64,000 nt of DNA from Pelomyxa schiedti (GCA_020536535.1 JAHLWZ010000004.1:62001-126000); one strand, 5' to 3'; numbered from the stretch's first letter, positions 1 to 12,428 are shown. Translations and numbers: made by a program. The notes: generated by a model not told the origin, from the sequence alone.

Positions 1-528
1 CTGTCCTCAGTTCAGCTTGCATCCCCTCATTAATGAGTGTAGTGTTTTTCCACAAATTGCCAACCTGGGACCCTTTGATCTTTCTTTTATCCCAATTGCT
101 CCTGAAAACCCCAGACAGTTTGTATTTCCTTGGATGCCAGTTCCCTCAGGTAAAAATACACAGTGTGATGAAGGCACAGCACGTTGGATTTGAAGAAGCA
201 GTGAAGATTCACCAAGAAGTAAATTCGAAGTGTTCATATGCCATTCACTGGGGTGTGCCTGCCTTTCCATACCCAAAGTTAGTTTTCCTTATTCATAACA
301 GGCACGTTCCCCATGGGAGCAGACGAACCCACAAGTGCCCCTTCACAATTGCAACAGGTGTGTCATGACCATGGTGTCACATCACCCTTCACTACACCAT
401 CGATAGGCCAAGTCATTAACCTCACTCCCGTAATCCCCTCACCAGTCCTCTCTACCCCAACCGCAACCACCACAACAACTTCTACAACTACTACAACCAC
501 AAACCCAGCCATTACTGAGAACACATAA
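1..528 (+). CDS. NAPE-PLD-like metallo-beta-lactamase phospholipase D, 3' part (gene starts before window)
   Basis: After removing two short GT-AG introns it reads ...GPFDLSFIPIAPENPR-HVMKAQHVGFEEAVKIHQEVNSKCSYAIHWG-TFPMGADEP..., matching the NAPE-PLD C-terminal signature (GPFDL..IPIG.Y.PR..M..QH..PEEAV.IH......AIHWGTF). Thr-rich tail; TAA at 526-528. Confidence 0.85.
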
Positions 529-602
529 AAAAAAGTTTTGGGAATAAAAATGATGAAAGCAAGTTCTTTCATTCCACATGTAAGCATGTGTTTATCCTGA
601 TC

Positions 603-2069
603 TTACTCCTTTGGTTTGGGAACTGTGGTGGTGTTAAATAGGGAAGCATTCTTGTGGGAAAAAAAATACCCCAGCACATTGAACAGAGGTCAGTGGTATT
701 AACTGTGGTGCAGCAAGCACAAGTCCATGAATTCTGTGATTTGATTAGGTTTGGCACTAGGAGGGAAGGGAGTAGTACAGCTGCTGGGGCTGTGGTGGTG
801 GGTGCAGAAGCTGTGGTGGCACCAAATATGAATCCTGTGGCGGGAGCGGCTGATGAAGGGGCCACAAACCCGGTGGTAGTGGTGCTTGGTGGCATTACAA
901 AACCTGTTGCCGAACTGGTGCCTGTGCTTGATGGAACCACAAACCCGGTTGTTGTCCCTGTGCCTGATGGCACTACAAAGCCGGTTGTTGTGCTTGGTGA
1001 TGCGGTTGGGAAGGTAAAGCCTGGTGGGGGTGTTGTGTTGCCCGTCGCAGCTACGAAATTGAAACCTGGGACAGGTGTGAACCCAGTTGTACTTGTAGCG
1101 GCGGAGTCAACTTTTACTTTTTTCCCGGCAGAGGTGGGAGTGGGTTGTTGGGAGGTTTCTTTTGTGGAGGAAGGTGTGGATGGAGTCTGCTTTTCTTCTG
1201 TTTTTTTTGGTGTTGCCTCTTCAGGTTTCTTGGGTGTGCCTGCAGGCTTGGGTGCATCTTCAACTTTCTTGGGTGATTTTACTTCCTCTTTGTTTGGTGC
1301 TGCCTCTTCAGTTTTCTTTGGGGTTTCAGTGGGTTTCTTTGGTGTCTCCACATGGGTTTTAGTCTCTTCGCTCTTTTCTGGTGAGGGCAGAACTTTCTTT
1401 GGGGTAACCTCAGCTGTTGCACTATCAACCTTTTTGACTCCTCCATCTTTTGGAGCGTCTGTAGCCTTGGTGGGTTCTGAAGACTGTGTCGACTCTTTTG
1501 TAGGTGTATGAGGTACCTCTGGAGTGCTTAGAGGTGCGGCTGTGTCAGTTGTCTGCTAATATGTTAGGAGTTGCTTTTATTACTGTTGTTTATATGGGAT
1601 GGAGACATTACAGTTGTTGCCTTCAACTCCAGTGAGGCAAATGGGTTGGCCTAGTTTGGTAAAAATGTCAGTAATCGTTCTTCAACCAGGAAAGGGGTTA
1701 CAGTTGCTGCAGTCGTTTTTGTAGTTTTTGTTGTTGTTTTCTTCTTGCCCTTTACAGCCCCATTCTGTCCCCTCTTTACGTGGATTATCCTAAGGTAATG
1801 GTGTTTTTTTGGTAAAGAAAAATAGAACAATAATAATTAAAAAAAAAAAAATGTATCAGAGAACGAACTTTCTTTTTGCGAGAACATCAGCACCAGCGCG
1901 TTCAAATTTGTCCCCCTGAGCAGTGTTAAAAAAAAAAAAGAGAGACAACACAAACACAAACTTTTTGCGTTTTTTCTCGCTGGTTTACGCTGCTAATGAA
2001 GTCATCCTTGATGAGTTGTTTCCCTGCACCCCTCTTTCGCCCTGCTCCCTCTTCTTCTTCCGACGACAT
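603..2069 (-). CDS. Nup50/Nup2-like nucleoporin with GF repeats and C-terminal RanBP2-type zinc finger
   Basis: Spliced N-terminus RKRGAGKQLIKDD...FERAGADVLAKRKIIHVKR resembles the Nup50/Nup2 importin-alpha-binding N-domain. It is followed by NPFASL, a T/P/K-rich region, repeated TGF(V/T/I) motifs and terminal WTCACCTTVN..CSMC; TAA at 603-605. Confidence 0.65.
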
Positions 2070-2153
2070 CGCGCTGCAAAGTAAATTGAGGATCGAGAAT
2101 AAAGACGAAAAAAATAGGAAATCACCGTAAGTTACCCCAATCTGAAGATCGAA

Positions 2154-2175
2154 GGAACTAAGTGCACTTAGTTCC
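2154..2175. promoter_or_regulatory. Perfect 22-bp palindrome GGAACTAAGTGCACTTAGTTCC
   Basis: Self-complementary over 22 bp, intergenic, ~85 bp upstream of the Nup50-like ATG. The regulatory role is inferred only. Confidence 0.4.
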
Positions 2176-2270
2176 AGAGGAACTTCTTCCTAATTGCAAG
2201 AGCTTTCGAAACAAAGAAAGACGCCTAAAGCACAAAAATATTTTCTCTTTTTTTTAGTTCCATTGGTTGG

Positions 2271-3733
2271 TTACGAGGAACCCACCAAAACAGACCAATC
2301 GTGAGGTACTTCACCGTACTGAATCCTGGAGAGTTCTTCATAGATTCTCTGGGTGAGAGGTCCTGCCTGGCTTGCGGGATCGGCAGGGTTGAGCGGAATT
2401 TTGTAGTCTCTTCCCTCATAATTGATAAGGCAAACTGGAGAGACAACTGCTGCTGTGCCGGTGCCAAAGGCCTCAATGACCTGTGGTCAATCGGTCAATA
2501 CATATCACGGGGAAGAAAAGGAAAAGAACCTTGCCAGCCTCAGCAAGTCTAGCCAGATCCCTCATTGTAATGTATCTCTCTGAAACTTTGAATTCGTTCC
2601 AAGACCTGGTCATGGCGAGCACACTGTCGCGTGTCACTCCAGGCAGAATGGTATCACCCAATGGGCATGTAATGAGTTCCCTTTCACCATCTTTATTTTG
2701 TTAAGATAAACTAAAGCAGGGAGCTAGTGATACCATCATTGATGATGTAAACGAAGAAATTCATTGTGCCAACCTCGGTGACTTTATCTTCATACAACCA
2801 CAAAACCTGCTGGTAGCCTTTTTCTTGAGCCTCCCTTGCCGGAAGAATAGTTGGCGCATAGTTGCTGTTTATGGGTAAGGTTCATAAAACCAACTAGAGT
2901 GTGGAAAATACCCTCCACATTTAGTGAAGCCCGTCCCTCCTGGCCATGCTCTGCAATACTTTCCGTCACTGCATAACAGCTTCACAGCCTTCCAGCCAGT
3001 GGGGTAGTAAGGTCCAACAGGGCTCAAAATTACAAACAAAAGTGCACTTTGTGGTACTGCTACTCCCAGAGTTGCTTGGGTTGCAATGAGGCAAGGGCGC
3101 ACATAAAGAGAGAAGCCCTTTCCCTCTGGAATCCAGTCAGCTTCCATTCGGATCAGTTCCTTGAGGCAAGCAAAGAACCCCTCGGCATCGCACTCCTGTG
3201 TTATTACAAAGCAGGTAAGAAAAGTTTGAAGAAGAGAACGCATCGGAAGCGCACTGGAAGAGCAATCCTTCTCGCCGAGATGTTAAGTCGATTAATGTTC
3301 ATCATTGGCCTGAAGAGTCTGACCCTTCCGTCGGCGTCCTTGTACGCCTTCATTCCCTCGAAAACCTGGAGGCCGTAGTGCAAGCACGAGCAGCTCAAAT
3401 CCATCGCCAAAGGAGCGTAGGCGGTGATTCTCGGCGTGCCCCAGCCCGAGGCTGCCTCCCAAGGGATCAACAGCATGTGGTCAGTGAACTGCCTGCCAAA
3501 AAGCAGTTTCGACTTGTCCACGGGCTTGGCCTTGGGCGTCGTGGTGCGCTCAATCACCAACTTGGCTAGCTAGATTCGGAAGAAGAGTAGAGAGCGTCAG
3601 AGCGAGGCGAGGAGTTGGGTTTGGTTTTTTTTTAGTTTGTCGCGATCGTTTAGTGCGTAGTGGGGTGGCTGCAAGTTGCGTAGATCTCGGGAGTGGTACG
3701 TACATCGATACGGCTGTTGTAGGCTGCAGCCAT
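2271..3733 (-). CDS. BCAT: Branched-chain amino acid aminotransferase (class IV PLP enzyme)
   Basis: Motifs [48 protein letters not shown] (PLP lysine), [21 protein letters not shown] and IQYG across multiple GT-AG introns. Confidence 0.95.
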
Positions 3734-4206
3734 GCGTGTGTTTTGCAGAAAAAAAGATCTCAAGATTCCTTTTTTCTTTTGGTTTGTTTTCTTTCTGTGG
3801 GCCAAATCACGATTGATGTTATAAATCAAGTGCCCAAACAGGAAAAAAATGCCGAAGCCCAAGGAATTGCACGTTCGAATCTGTTACAATGTGCACAACC
3901 GACACTTAGTTGGAAAAGAGACCCAAACAAACACTGGGATCTTCGCTTTTACGAGAGGCAACTACCTCCACCATTCGAAAGGGAGAACCGGTTCACTTTC
4001 ACCTTACAAAGGCCTGCCAGTCTTTAGTTTCTTGCCCGGAACAGCAGCTCCCAAATTTTGTGTTCGAGAGCAACACAAAAAAAAAAAGTCAAGGCCTTGT
4101 TTGGGTTCCGTGGCGTGTCGTCCACAACATGTTGGGGAAAAGAAGGATCAACACAAATGAATATAGATAAGTGTCTAATTGTATTGTATTGGTTTGGTTT
4201 TGGTTT

Positions 4207-4726
4207 TCACAGTAAATTGCAGAAGTGCTTCTTCCTGGCAGAGTTTTGGTGGTATTCGGCCTAAATAACCAAAACGTAAGTAAATAGTACTATAATTATA
4301 TACGCCCAGTGAACATAATTTAAACAAGGATGGAACAGGGAGAGGGACACACGGCTTTTAGCTCTTCTTTGGCGGCTGCTGTTTCTACTTTAGCTTCCTC
4401 AGTGTTCTTCTGGGCGACGTTGAGGGTCTCTCCAGATTCGTGCACTATCTCAGCCATGTCGTTCATGGCCTCCTTGAGCATTGTGAGGTCTGGTTACATC
4501 ATAGAGTCAGTAACATGACTGAATTGGAATGTATTCATTACTATAACAAATAAATATATAATGCGCCGCACATCCGTTGGGGGTTTTGAGGTGTATATTG
4601 GAGGTTAGTGGGCGGCGATAATGGGATGGTACCATCGGCTAGAGCTTTGAATTCCTTGTTTTGTTCGTTAACGATTTGTCTGTCCGGGGCGTTTCCGGCA
4701 GTCTTCGTTGTTTGTGTGGTGGCCAT
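4207..4726 (-). CDS. 94-aa syntaxin (Qa)-like SNARE-motif-only protein with C-terminal CaaX (CNLL)
   Basis: Three exons (introns 4632-4490 and 4352-4261) give MATTQTTKTAGNAPDRQIVNEQNKEFKALADDLTMLKEAMNDMAEIVHESGETLNVAQKNTEEAKVETAAAKEELKAAEYHQNSARKKHFCNLL*, matching the syntaxin heptad pattern D(M/L)A..V.E(Q)GE.(L/I)......N.......A..EL..A..(H/Y)Q..ARKK. Confidence 0.75.
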
Positions 4727-5116
4727 TATGGGTGTCTGTTACAATTTGATAATATCAAGTCGTTGCGATAGTACGACGCAGCACTCCCGCCTTGTTGTGT
4801 TGTTGTTTTTTGTTTCGTTTGTTGCTGTTATTACCGCGAATGGCTAAAAATATCTTCGCTTCATTCATTGGAATCTAGATGTTTCGTGTAGCGTTGCAAG
4901 AAAACCATCGACACCCAAGTACCTCCCCCCCCTCTTCTTTGTTTGCTTTTTGTCGTGTTTGCTATGAGGCATTACTCCCCGGTGTAAAGTTGTAAACGAC
5001 AATTACCCCCAACCGATTTTTGATGTCAAATGTAGTGTAAAAAATGACACTTCCCTGTAAAGCATCGAAAGTATTGATGTAATTCACAAGTCCACATGAA
5101 ACGGAGCATGTGTCAT

Positions 5117-5854
5117 TCAGTGCGAGTACTCTGGGCAAATGAACCACGGGATGCGGATTTCTGATGCTTCAAGGGGCTTGAGCCTGCATGGTTGTGTGCA
5201 TAGTACCAGCCTAACTGTCTCAACTTCAAGGGCACCTGTCACGTCCCTGGGGTATCCACTTTCCCAGGTGCCGTGCTGGCCACTGTGCATCATCAAAGAA
5301 AATACCAAACCGCGTGACTCTCTGGAATCAAAAAGGGTCCACGAGCCCGAGGCGAGAGAGGATGATGGGACCAAATCAACTGACCAAGCGCCGGAGAACT
5401 CTGCCCAGTCCGAGCTTCCCCCGCCATAGTCATCAGTGAACTCCTTCTCGTAAGAGAGCGAAAACGTGGAGTCAGGGAGAATATTCAGCTCAGAGAATGT
5501 CTTGTAGCCCCTGAATGTTCCCCTGCGGGCAGCAATTGGCACCACTAGAATGTACTTCCATATGACACCAGTTTGGCAAAAGTGATGCACAACAAGCGCT
5601 TTAATCCAACACGGGCACTTTCTTAATTTGTTGGCTAATTACAACAACAAATTGGAAAGAAAAAAAAAGGGGGAGGAAAAAACTAAAGTACACTACCCTT
5701 TGCAGGGTGGAGCTGCCCATAATTCATCCCGGCGAAATACAACAAGGAATGATTTACAAACGGCCTGCAACGCACACATATCGCGCGTGCCTAACCGCCG
5801 TGCAATTAGTCCCACAATCGCGGTCTGTTGCACCACAACTTCGAGGTTTGTCAT
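5117..5854 (-). CDS. Probable F-box-like protein of unknown function
   Basis: Exon 1 IARRLGTRDMCALQAVCKSFLVVFRRDELW resembles an F-box motif; one intron, then the long open exon ending at 5117. Confidence 0.5.
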
Positions 5855-5979
5855 TGACACTGCCGTGATGCCGGGTTCACGGATCCAAAAATACGAAATC
5901 AACAAAAAGAAAAAAAGAAAAACGCCGAGAGTTCACGAAAAAACACAAAAACAAACACAAAGATCCAAGGCATCATAAA

Positions 5980-8900
5980 ATGGCGTTCAAGATGAAGGTG
6001 TCGAAGTACCGCAACATAATACCAAAGGAGTTTAAGAGGGAGTTGTGGTACCCCGACATTCGTCCCACTGGTGCGCTACTTTCTTTATAGATTGTGTACT
6101 CACATGCGTTTTATTGCCGTATTTTTGTCTAATTTGCATAGCGACTGATAATACTGGAATTGCGTGCAGTGGTTCTTACATCGTTGTTAACTGGGCATCT
6201 AATGCGGGGGGCATGATGGGCTTGCTTCCTATTCACAAGTGATTTCCACGTTTTTGTTACACACGCGCGAATAACATTACACAGGCCTGGAAAAAGAATT
6301 GGTGATCCCAAGATGGTTCATGCTCATAACAATCCTATTGCCGATCTTGGTTGGAACATCTTCACTTCAACATTATTTTTATACTTCACTAGCATTTTCT
6401 CCATTTTCAAATACTCTCCTTGCAACTTCCTCTGAAGATGCTACTATTAAATTATGGCGGCTTCCTGCAGGTTGGTGTTACCAGCCATCTGGCTCCTGTC
6501 CCTGCTCCCTTGCAACGTCCACCTTTTTTTTTTTTTTTTGTTAAAACAAGTACATAGAAGCTGATATTAGCAGAGTGGAGCCTCAAACAGTCTCCACTCT
6601 ACGTGCTCACAAGAGGAAAATTGACTGCATAGCCTTCAACCCTTGTTGTGCGGGAGTTTTGGCCTCTGGGTCTACTGACAAACAGGTTATTGTAGTTCCA
6701 GTTTTCCCCTCATCTGATATCCCACAGTTGAAAATCTGGAATATTGACACAGGTCACCCCATATTGAACCCTCCTGACCTCCCTGAAGGTGAGGCATTTG
6801 TAATTGATACCTAGACTCACATACATAGGTTTATTCTCTCTGGGATGGAACTGGACCGGGTCACTTCTGGGTTCCACGGCAAAAGATAAAAAACTACGAA
6901 TTCATGATGTTCGCAGTGCGACACCAGTAGTTGCAGTACGGCCTCAATGCATTTTGAGGTTGCACCAACTCAAAACACCGTAGGAGGCCAGCTGCCATGA
7001 GGGAGTCAAGCCTTCACGTCTTATTTGGATGGGGAGATATGATTTGATGATGACAACTGGATTTGATCGCACTCAGAATCGACAATTGGGTATATAAGAT
7101 TATTAGGCTGGGAAAAAACCTGACTGCTCTAAGGTATTTGGGATCCACGAAATATGGTCAAACCAGCTAAAATGATACGTCTTGACTCCTCTTCTGGTGT
7201 CTGTACCCCCCTCTATGATGCTGACACAAATCTGTTTTTCCTCTGTGGAAGGGTATTATTACAAGAATTTATTCTGTGTAATTTGGTTCCAGGGAGACAG
7301 TGCAATTCGTGTTTATGAAGGTTGCGAAGCAGAACCCTTTGTTATGGAAACGACAAGTGTTCCATCTGATGGCCAATCCAGAGGTGTCTGTATGCTCCCA
7401 AAGCTTTACATGCGAGTGTGCCCTCCTCCTGCATTTTCATTACTTAGTTCCTTGAAGGTCATGGCATGTGAAATGAACATTGTCTACAAACTTACTGCGA
7501 ACGCAGTGGTTCCTACCGGCTTTTATGTTCCCCGTAAGGTACAATGATGCATTTCTGTTGGTATACAAGTAAGTGCCTTCAGAGGAAAATATATGATGCA
7601 GAGCTGTACCCTGATACTGCTGGACTAACAGCCTCTGTGGTATTCATCTTCCCCATTACCAATTGGTGATCTTCATAAGTCCACAGAAGAATGGTTTTCT
7701 GGTACTACCAGGCCCCCCGTTCTCGTTTCAATGGCCCCTAAGAGCGAATTTGAGGAAGAAGTTGAGGCGGAACCACAACCCGCCACCTCAGCCACCACTT
7801 CCACTTCCACTTCAACTTCCACATCTACCTCAACTTCAACTTCGACCTCGGCTTCTCCGACTACATCAACTTCATCAAGTCCAACCATACCAGATGCATC
7901 ATCTTCTGCAAGTGCAGCAGCAGTAAGTCACAAAACCTCCTATTTTAAGTATCAACATTACACAACAGCCAAAGCGGAATATTCCCACAATTGGGCGACA
8001 TTCCAAGTACAAAAACATCACTGGCCAACCATGGATGAAAAACACATGGTATGAAAACTTGAGGGTGAACTCCAACGTTCCAGGATCACTCATCCGAGCA
8101 AATCCCAAATTCTTTTCTGTACCATGGCAGGTTCCACATTTTTCAATGAAAATCACGGAGATATTAAGAGTAGCTAGGGCCCTGGTGGAAGATTGGTTGT
8201 ATGGCCCTTCCAGAATGGGGGTCGCTTACCCACTGACCCAAGCTGGGTAGAGCATGGCAGTGATTTGAACGACTTTGACTGTTCGCCGTTCAATGACAAC
8301 ATTTTCGTTACTGGTGGAGAGGGTATTACTTTTTCTGTCTTCATGCACACTTTAATACCTTATCACAGATGCAAAGATTAAAATATGGCAAATCCCAGAT
8401 GGGGGCCTTACAGGTACTTTGTTCACCTTTGTTTCATCGTTCTAACTTTTATTTTAGCTATAACAAAAGCACCTGCTTCGGAATTAGTCGGACATACACG
8501 AAAAATAATACTTTCCAACTGCCACCCTACAGTTGACAATATTTTATGCAGCTCCTCTATGGATTTAACGTGCGTGGCTCAAGATATGAGTCAAACGATA
8601 ATTCCCCATTCAGTGTGAAGCTCTGGGACCTCCAAAAGAGCACAGAGCTCGTGTCTCTTGTAGGACATACTGACGCTGTAATGAATATTTCTTGGGATTG
8701 GCATGGCGATATTGCCGCAACTTCCTGTAAAGACAAAATTCTTCGTGTATGGGACCCGAGAGTAAATCGACAAGTATCGGTGAGCAGTTTGCGCACTTCC
8801 ACCCTTCACTGAGCTTCTTTCCCTTGTATTCCTGTGCAGGAATGTGCAGCAGTAGATGGCGTTAAAGGATTCAAGGTCGCCTGGTGTGGAAAGAAAGACA

Positions 8901-9903
8901 AATTGTTCACCATGGGATTTTCGTAGCATAAATTACATATTACCATATTTAACTTCCATCAGAAAAGCAAGTGAAAGACAATGGAGTCTCTGGGATACAC
9001 GAAATCTTGGCAAACCTATGTCTTCTAGTTCAATAGACACCTCAGCTGGGGTGCTTACTCCCTACTATGACGCAGATATTGACGTTATTCTTGCCTTTGC
9101 CAGAGTATACCTATACACTTTCTGGTACAAGCTTTACTCACTAAACGTCAGGGAGATTCTACTTTCCGGTTCTTTGAGATAAATGATGAAGCACCTTACT
9201 GTCATTTCCTTACTGAATACACCCCCGCACCAAACGCGTTGTCTCCAACACAAAGCGCTAGTATTGATGTACTCCCTAAGGTTATATTTCGTCCTCCCCT
9301 GCCAAAGCTAAAATATTACCAAGAGGATGTGCAACGTGAAAACATGTGAAGTCTTCCATGTGGTACGATTAAGTGGAGTGCCACCAACTAATGTGGAGCG
9401 CCTCAGCTTCAATGTCCCTCGGAATAAAGTATGCTTTTGTCACGTTGGAGTCCTACTAAAACGAGCAGCTGGAATTCTTCCAAGATGACATCTTCCCACC
9501 CACCAAGTCCACTGCTCCTCTAGCTACAGTGTCAGATTGGTTTGGGGGAGCACCAACCAAGGAACCCGAGTTAATAAGGTTCTGCATGTTCTCTTTTCCA
9601 AACTCCCCTAATTGCCTTTAGTCTTCAGCCAGAAGGAATGATCGCTCTCTCCGAGGCCCCGTCAGACGTTGTTACGAGCAAGTACAAGCTTCTAAGCGAC
9701 GCAGAACGCGCTGCACAAAAAGAAACCACACGGGAAGACGTACATTCCCTCTCTCCTTCAAAACAAAACAACTTTACCACTCACACCTACACCACTAGGT
9801 TCTTGATAGATTCTACGGCCGGATGCAGGACTTCAAGGAAGATGAAGTCAAGAAGCCAGGTTCCAACGACGTCATTACCGAAGAAGAATGGGCAGATTAT
9901 TGA
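5980..9903 (+). CDS. CORO7: Tandem coronin (coronin-7/POD-1 type)
   Basis: Two coronin units (SKYRN... and HSKYKN...), each with WD40 repeats and coronin signatures (DSSSG..P.YD.D, G(R/K)GD, F.VPR, LYPDT / FFQDDIFP), joined by an S/T-rich linker; ends in acidic EEEWADY. Many short introns. Confidence 0.92.
7788..7880 (+). repeat. Hexamer-like ACTTC(C/A) repeat encoding the Ser/Thr linker of coronin-7
   Basis: acttccacttccacttcaacttccacatctacctcaacttcaacttcg = TSTSTSTS... Confidence 0.7.
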
Positions 9904-10050
9904 AAACCCCAACACCACCAAACAAAACGACACGAAAAAAGTGGATTCTTTCGTACCCAATGCACTCTTTCCCACAAAGCTGTGGTTTAGGAATTTAGAA
10001 CATTCCTCCAGGAACAGCAGGTTTTTACGCAGGGAGCACGCGAAGGTGAG

Positions 10051-12301
10051 ATGGCAGGCCTTGCCGGATGGTGTATTGTGATGATGACGATGATGGGGGC
10101 AGTGGTGATGGGAGGTGGGGTCAACACACAGGCGGTTGGTGGGTCTATACTGTACCTGCCTCTGGATGAGAGGTACACCACGAGGAATGCATTTCTAAAC
10201 TTGGCTGGGCTTGTGCCTTGGGTTGATGCAGCACCACCACCACCAAAAAAAAAGCAACCACCCACACTACCATTATTACCACTGTGGTCACACGGCCAAA
10301 TTAATTTGTTGTAGGAGATACTTACTCCACCACTGGAATTGTTACCTTCCTTGAAAGTACCACCTCCAATGGAAGACCTGCATGCATGGGTGGATCAGAA
10401 CATGCCCTATGCCACTGCAGCCATAATATCATCTGAGATGTTTATTTATGGTATGGTGTACTAAAAAAAAAACCCAGACTCGTGGGTAGCATTGATTGTC
10501 TATCAGGTGGGTTGATTCAGTCGAGAATCAGTAATGACACAATGGAAACAGTAGAAAATCGCCTCCAGAAACTTCTTTCATATAAGACAACATACCCAAA
10601 GCTGGAACTGTTTCTTTCTGCAGTGGTACTAGAACCATTATTACGATCCCCTCTTAGTTAACAGTGATCGGAACAGGTAATGAGAATTCCAGACTACAAT
10701 AGTGACTTTGAAGAACCTTGGTACATTTGGAAATAGTAGTCCACTAATCAAACTTTCTTGAAGGTACTGGGAAGATTATGGAGAATTATTGTATCTCCTA
10801 CTACAACTAACAAATATAACACTTCTTAACTTTCGCAAGATTCGAATTTTCCTACTATACTGACAAGTACTATCACACTCATGACCCAGTAGATAAGGCG
10901 TTAGCTGAAGAAGCGGCATCTGAAATACCTTCCAACGTTATGAAGGTTTCACCTCTTCTCCAGGAGTTATATGGATCTATTCTTTCAAAAGGAATTCTTG
11001 TGGAGAAGAAGTCGGAATTTCAATATAACAAAAGATTTAATCGATGATGAGTATGCTTCAAACCCTTGCAGATACATCTACATCACTCAGGTACCCTGTA
11101 CAGCTTAACTTTATAGAGATCTCACAACATCTACTAGGATGACAATGCGGAATATGGGTACTTGCTCCGTGCTAAGCAGTAAGAATAAAATATAAAAAAA
11201 GGTTCAACATAGAAGAAGCAAATGCCTTAAGAAGAATGGTTGCTGAAGACAACTTGGGAGTACGCATCTAACTTGCGATTTTTTGCACTAAATCTGTATT
11301 TTAGGACCATGTCTTTATTTATCCTGGTGCTGATGAAGGTTTATTTGTTTATAACTCTTTACATCCCTCACAAATGCAGTGGCCCTAACAATGCTGTCTA
11401 TGTTGAGTGTATTCTCTTCTGGAATATCACCGACTATCAACTTGGTGTTCAGAGACCCCACTACAATTTATAACATCCCAAACTATGAAGGTCAGCCAAT
11501 GATTACCACTCTTGAACAACAGGAACGATTCCTTGTCCTTTCCATTCTTTCTGATTATCATTGCAGACTGCAGCAGCAGGAGGCACGATTGTTAACTCCT
11601 CCGAGCCAGATATATTTATGTTGGTGAACAACTTCAGTGAGGATTATCAACTTGAGGCTCCAAACCAACCATTTGGTACAATTAAGTAATTCCGATCAGC
11701 TCAGAGTTGTAACCACAACCAGAAGGGAGATCCATCGATGACTACTCTCTTTTTACTCCATTTTTACTCTATGGAGGAGATACCGTTTTTGGTTTTGCTG
11801 ATAACCGCTACAGCAATGGCGGTGATCTTGTACTATTGGATTATTTATATGCCATGCACAGCGACACTGATGTGGCCTTGGATATGGGACGGTTTTGCTA
11901 TGCCGGCTGGAACACTGATGGTCGATTTCTTCGTAAACATTGCACTTCTAAACTAACAAAACAAAGGCAACACACTGGGCACAGTAATATCCAATACCAT
12001 TATTCTGTCACTATTCCAAAGTAGAGATGAAAACACCTTCTTCAATACACTGAGAATCACTGAGGACGAGTACTACCAAGCCGACCTCCGGCAGTCCTTG
12101 GAGGACTACGTAAACCGCATGGATGATGCCACTTGTGAAGACCTCACATCCGACCTTCCGTTTTATGAAGAATTCTCATGGAAGGCTCTGGCTGCCCGTA
12201 TGAGGCTCATCGACTCATCCTTGGGCGCAATTGCTTGGTCGTTGGACTCATGCTACTACCCTTGGAATAGAACCTTTGAAATAGGGTTTGTTGCCCATTA
12301 G
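10051..12301 (+). CDS. DUF4127-family protein with hydrophobic N-terminal signal
   Basis: Spliced motifs LYLPLDER, SSEMFIYGGLIQSR, MRIPDYNSDFEEPWYW..YG, TQDDNAEYG, YPGADEVG, ADNRYSNGGD, YAGWNTDGNTLG and YPWNRTFEI match, from recall, the mostly bacterial DUF4127 family; heavily intron-interrupted. Confidence 0.75.
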
Positions 12302-12428
12302 ACACAACTTCAACCCACAAGGAATCCATCAAGTTCCTTGGCCAAGAAGAAAAAATTTACCAGAAACAACGATAGTTGGCTGAATAAAAAAAACACCAGA
12401 CCACCGATCCTGAGCGACGATAACGAAA

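Noticed and set aside
654-1511. 285-aa plus-strand ORF
   Set aside because: Antisense shadow of the low-complexity T/P/K-rich Nup50-like exon.
3850-4160. Relatively long spacer with small ORFs and a weak hairpin containing GTTCGAAT (possible tRNA/ncRNA)
   Set aside because: No cloverleaf or recognisable RNA motif could be built; the ORFs have no domain signal.
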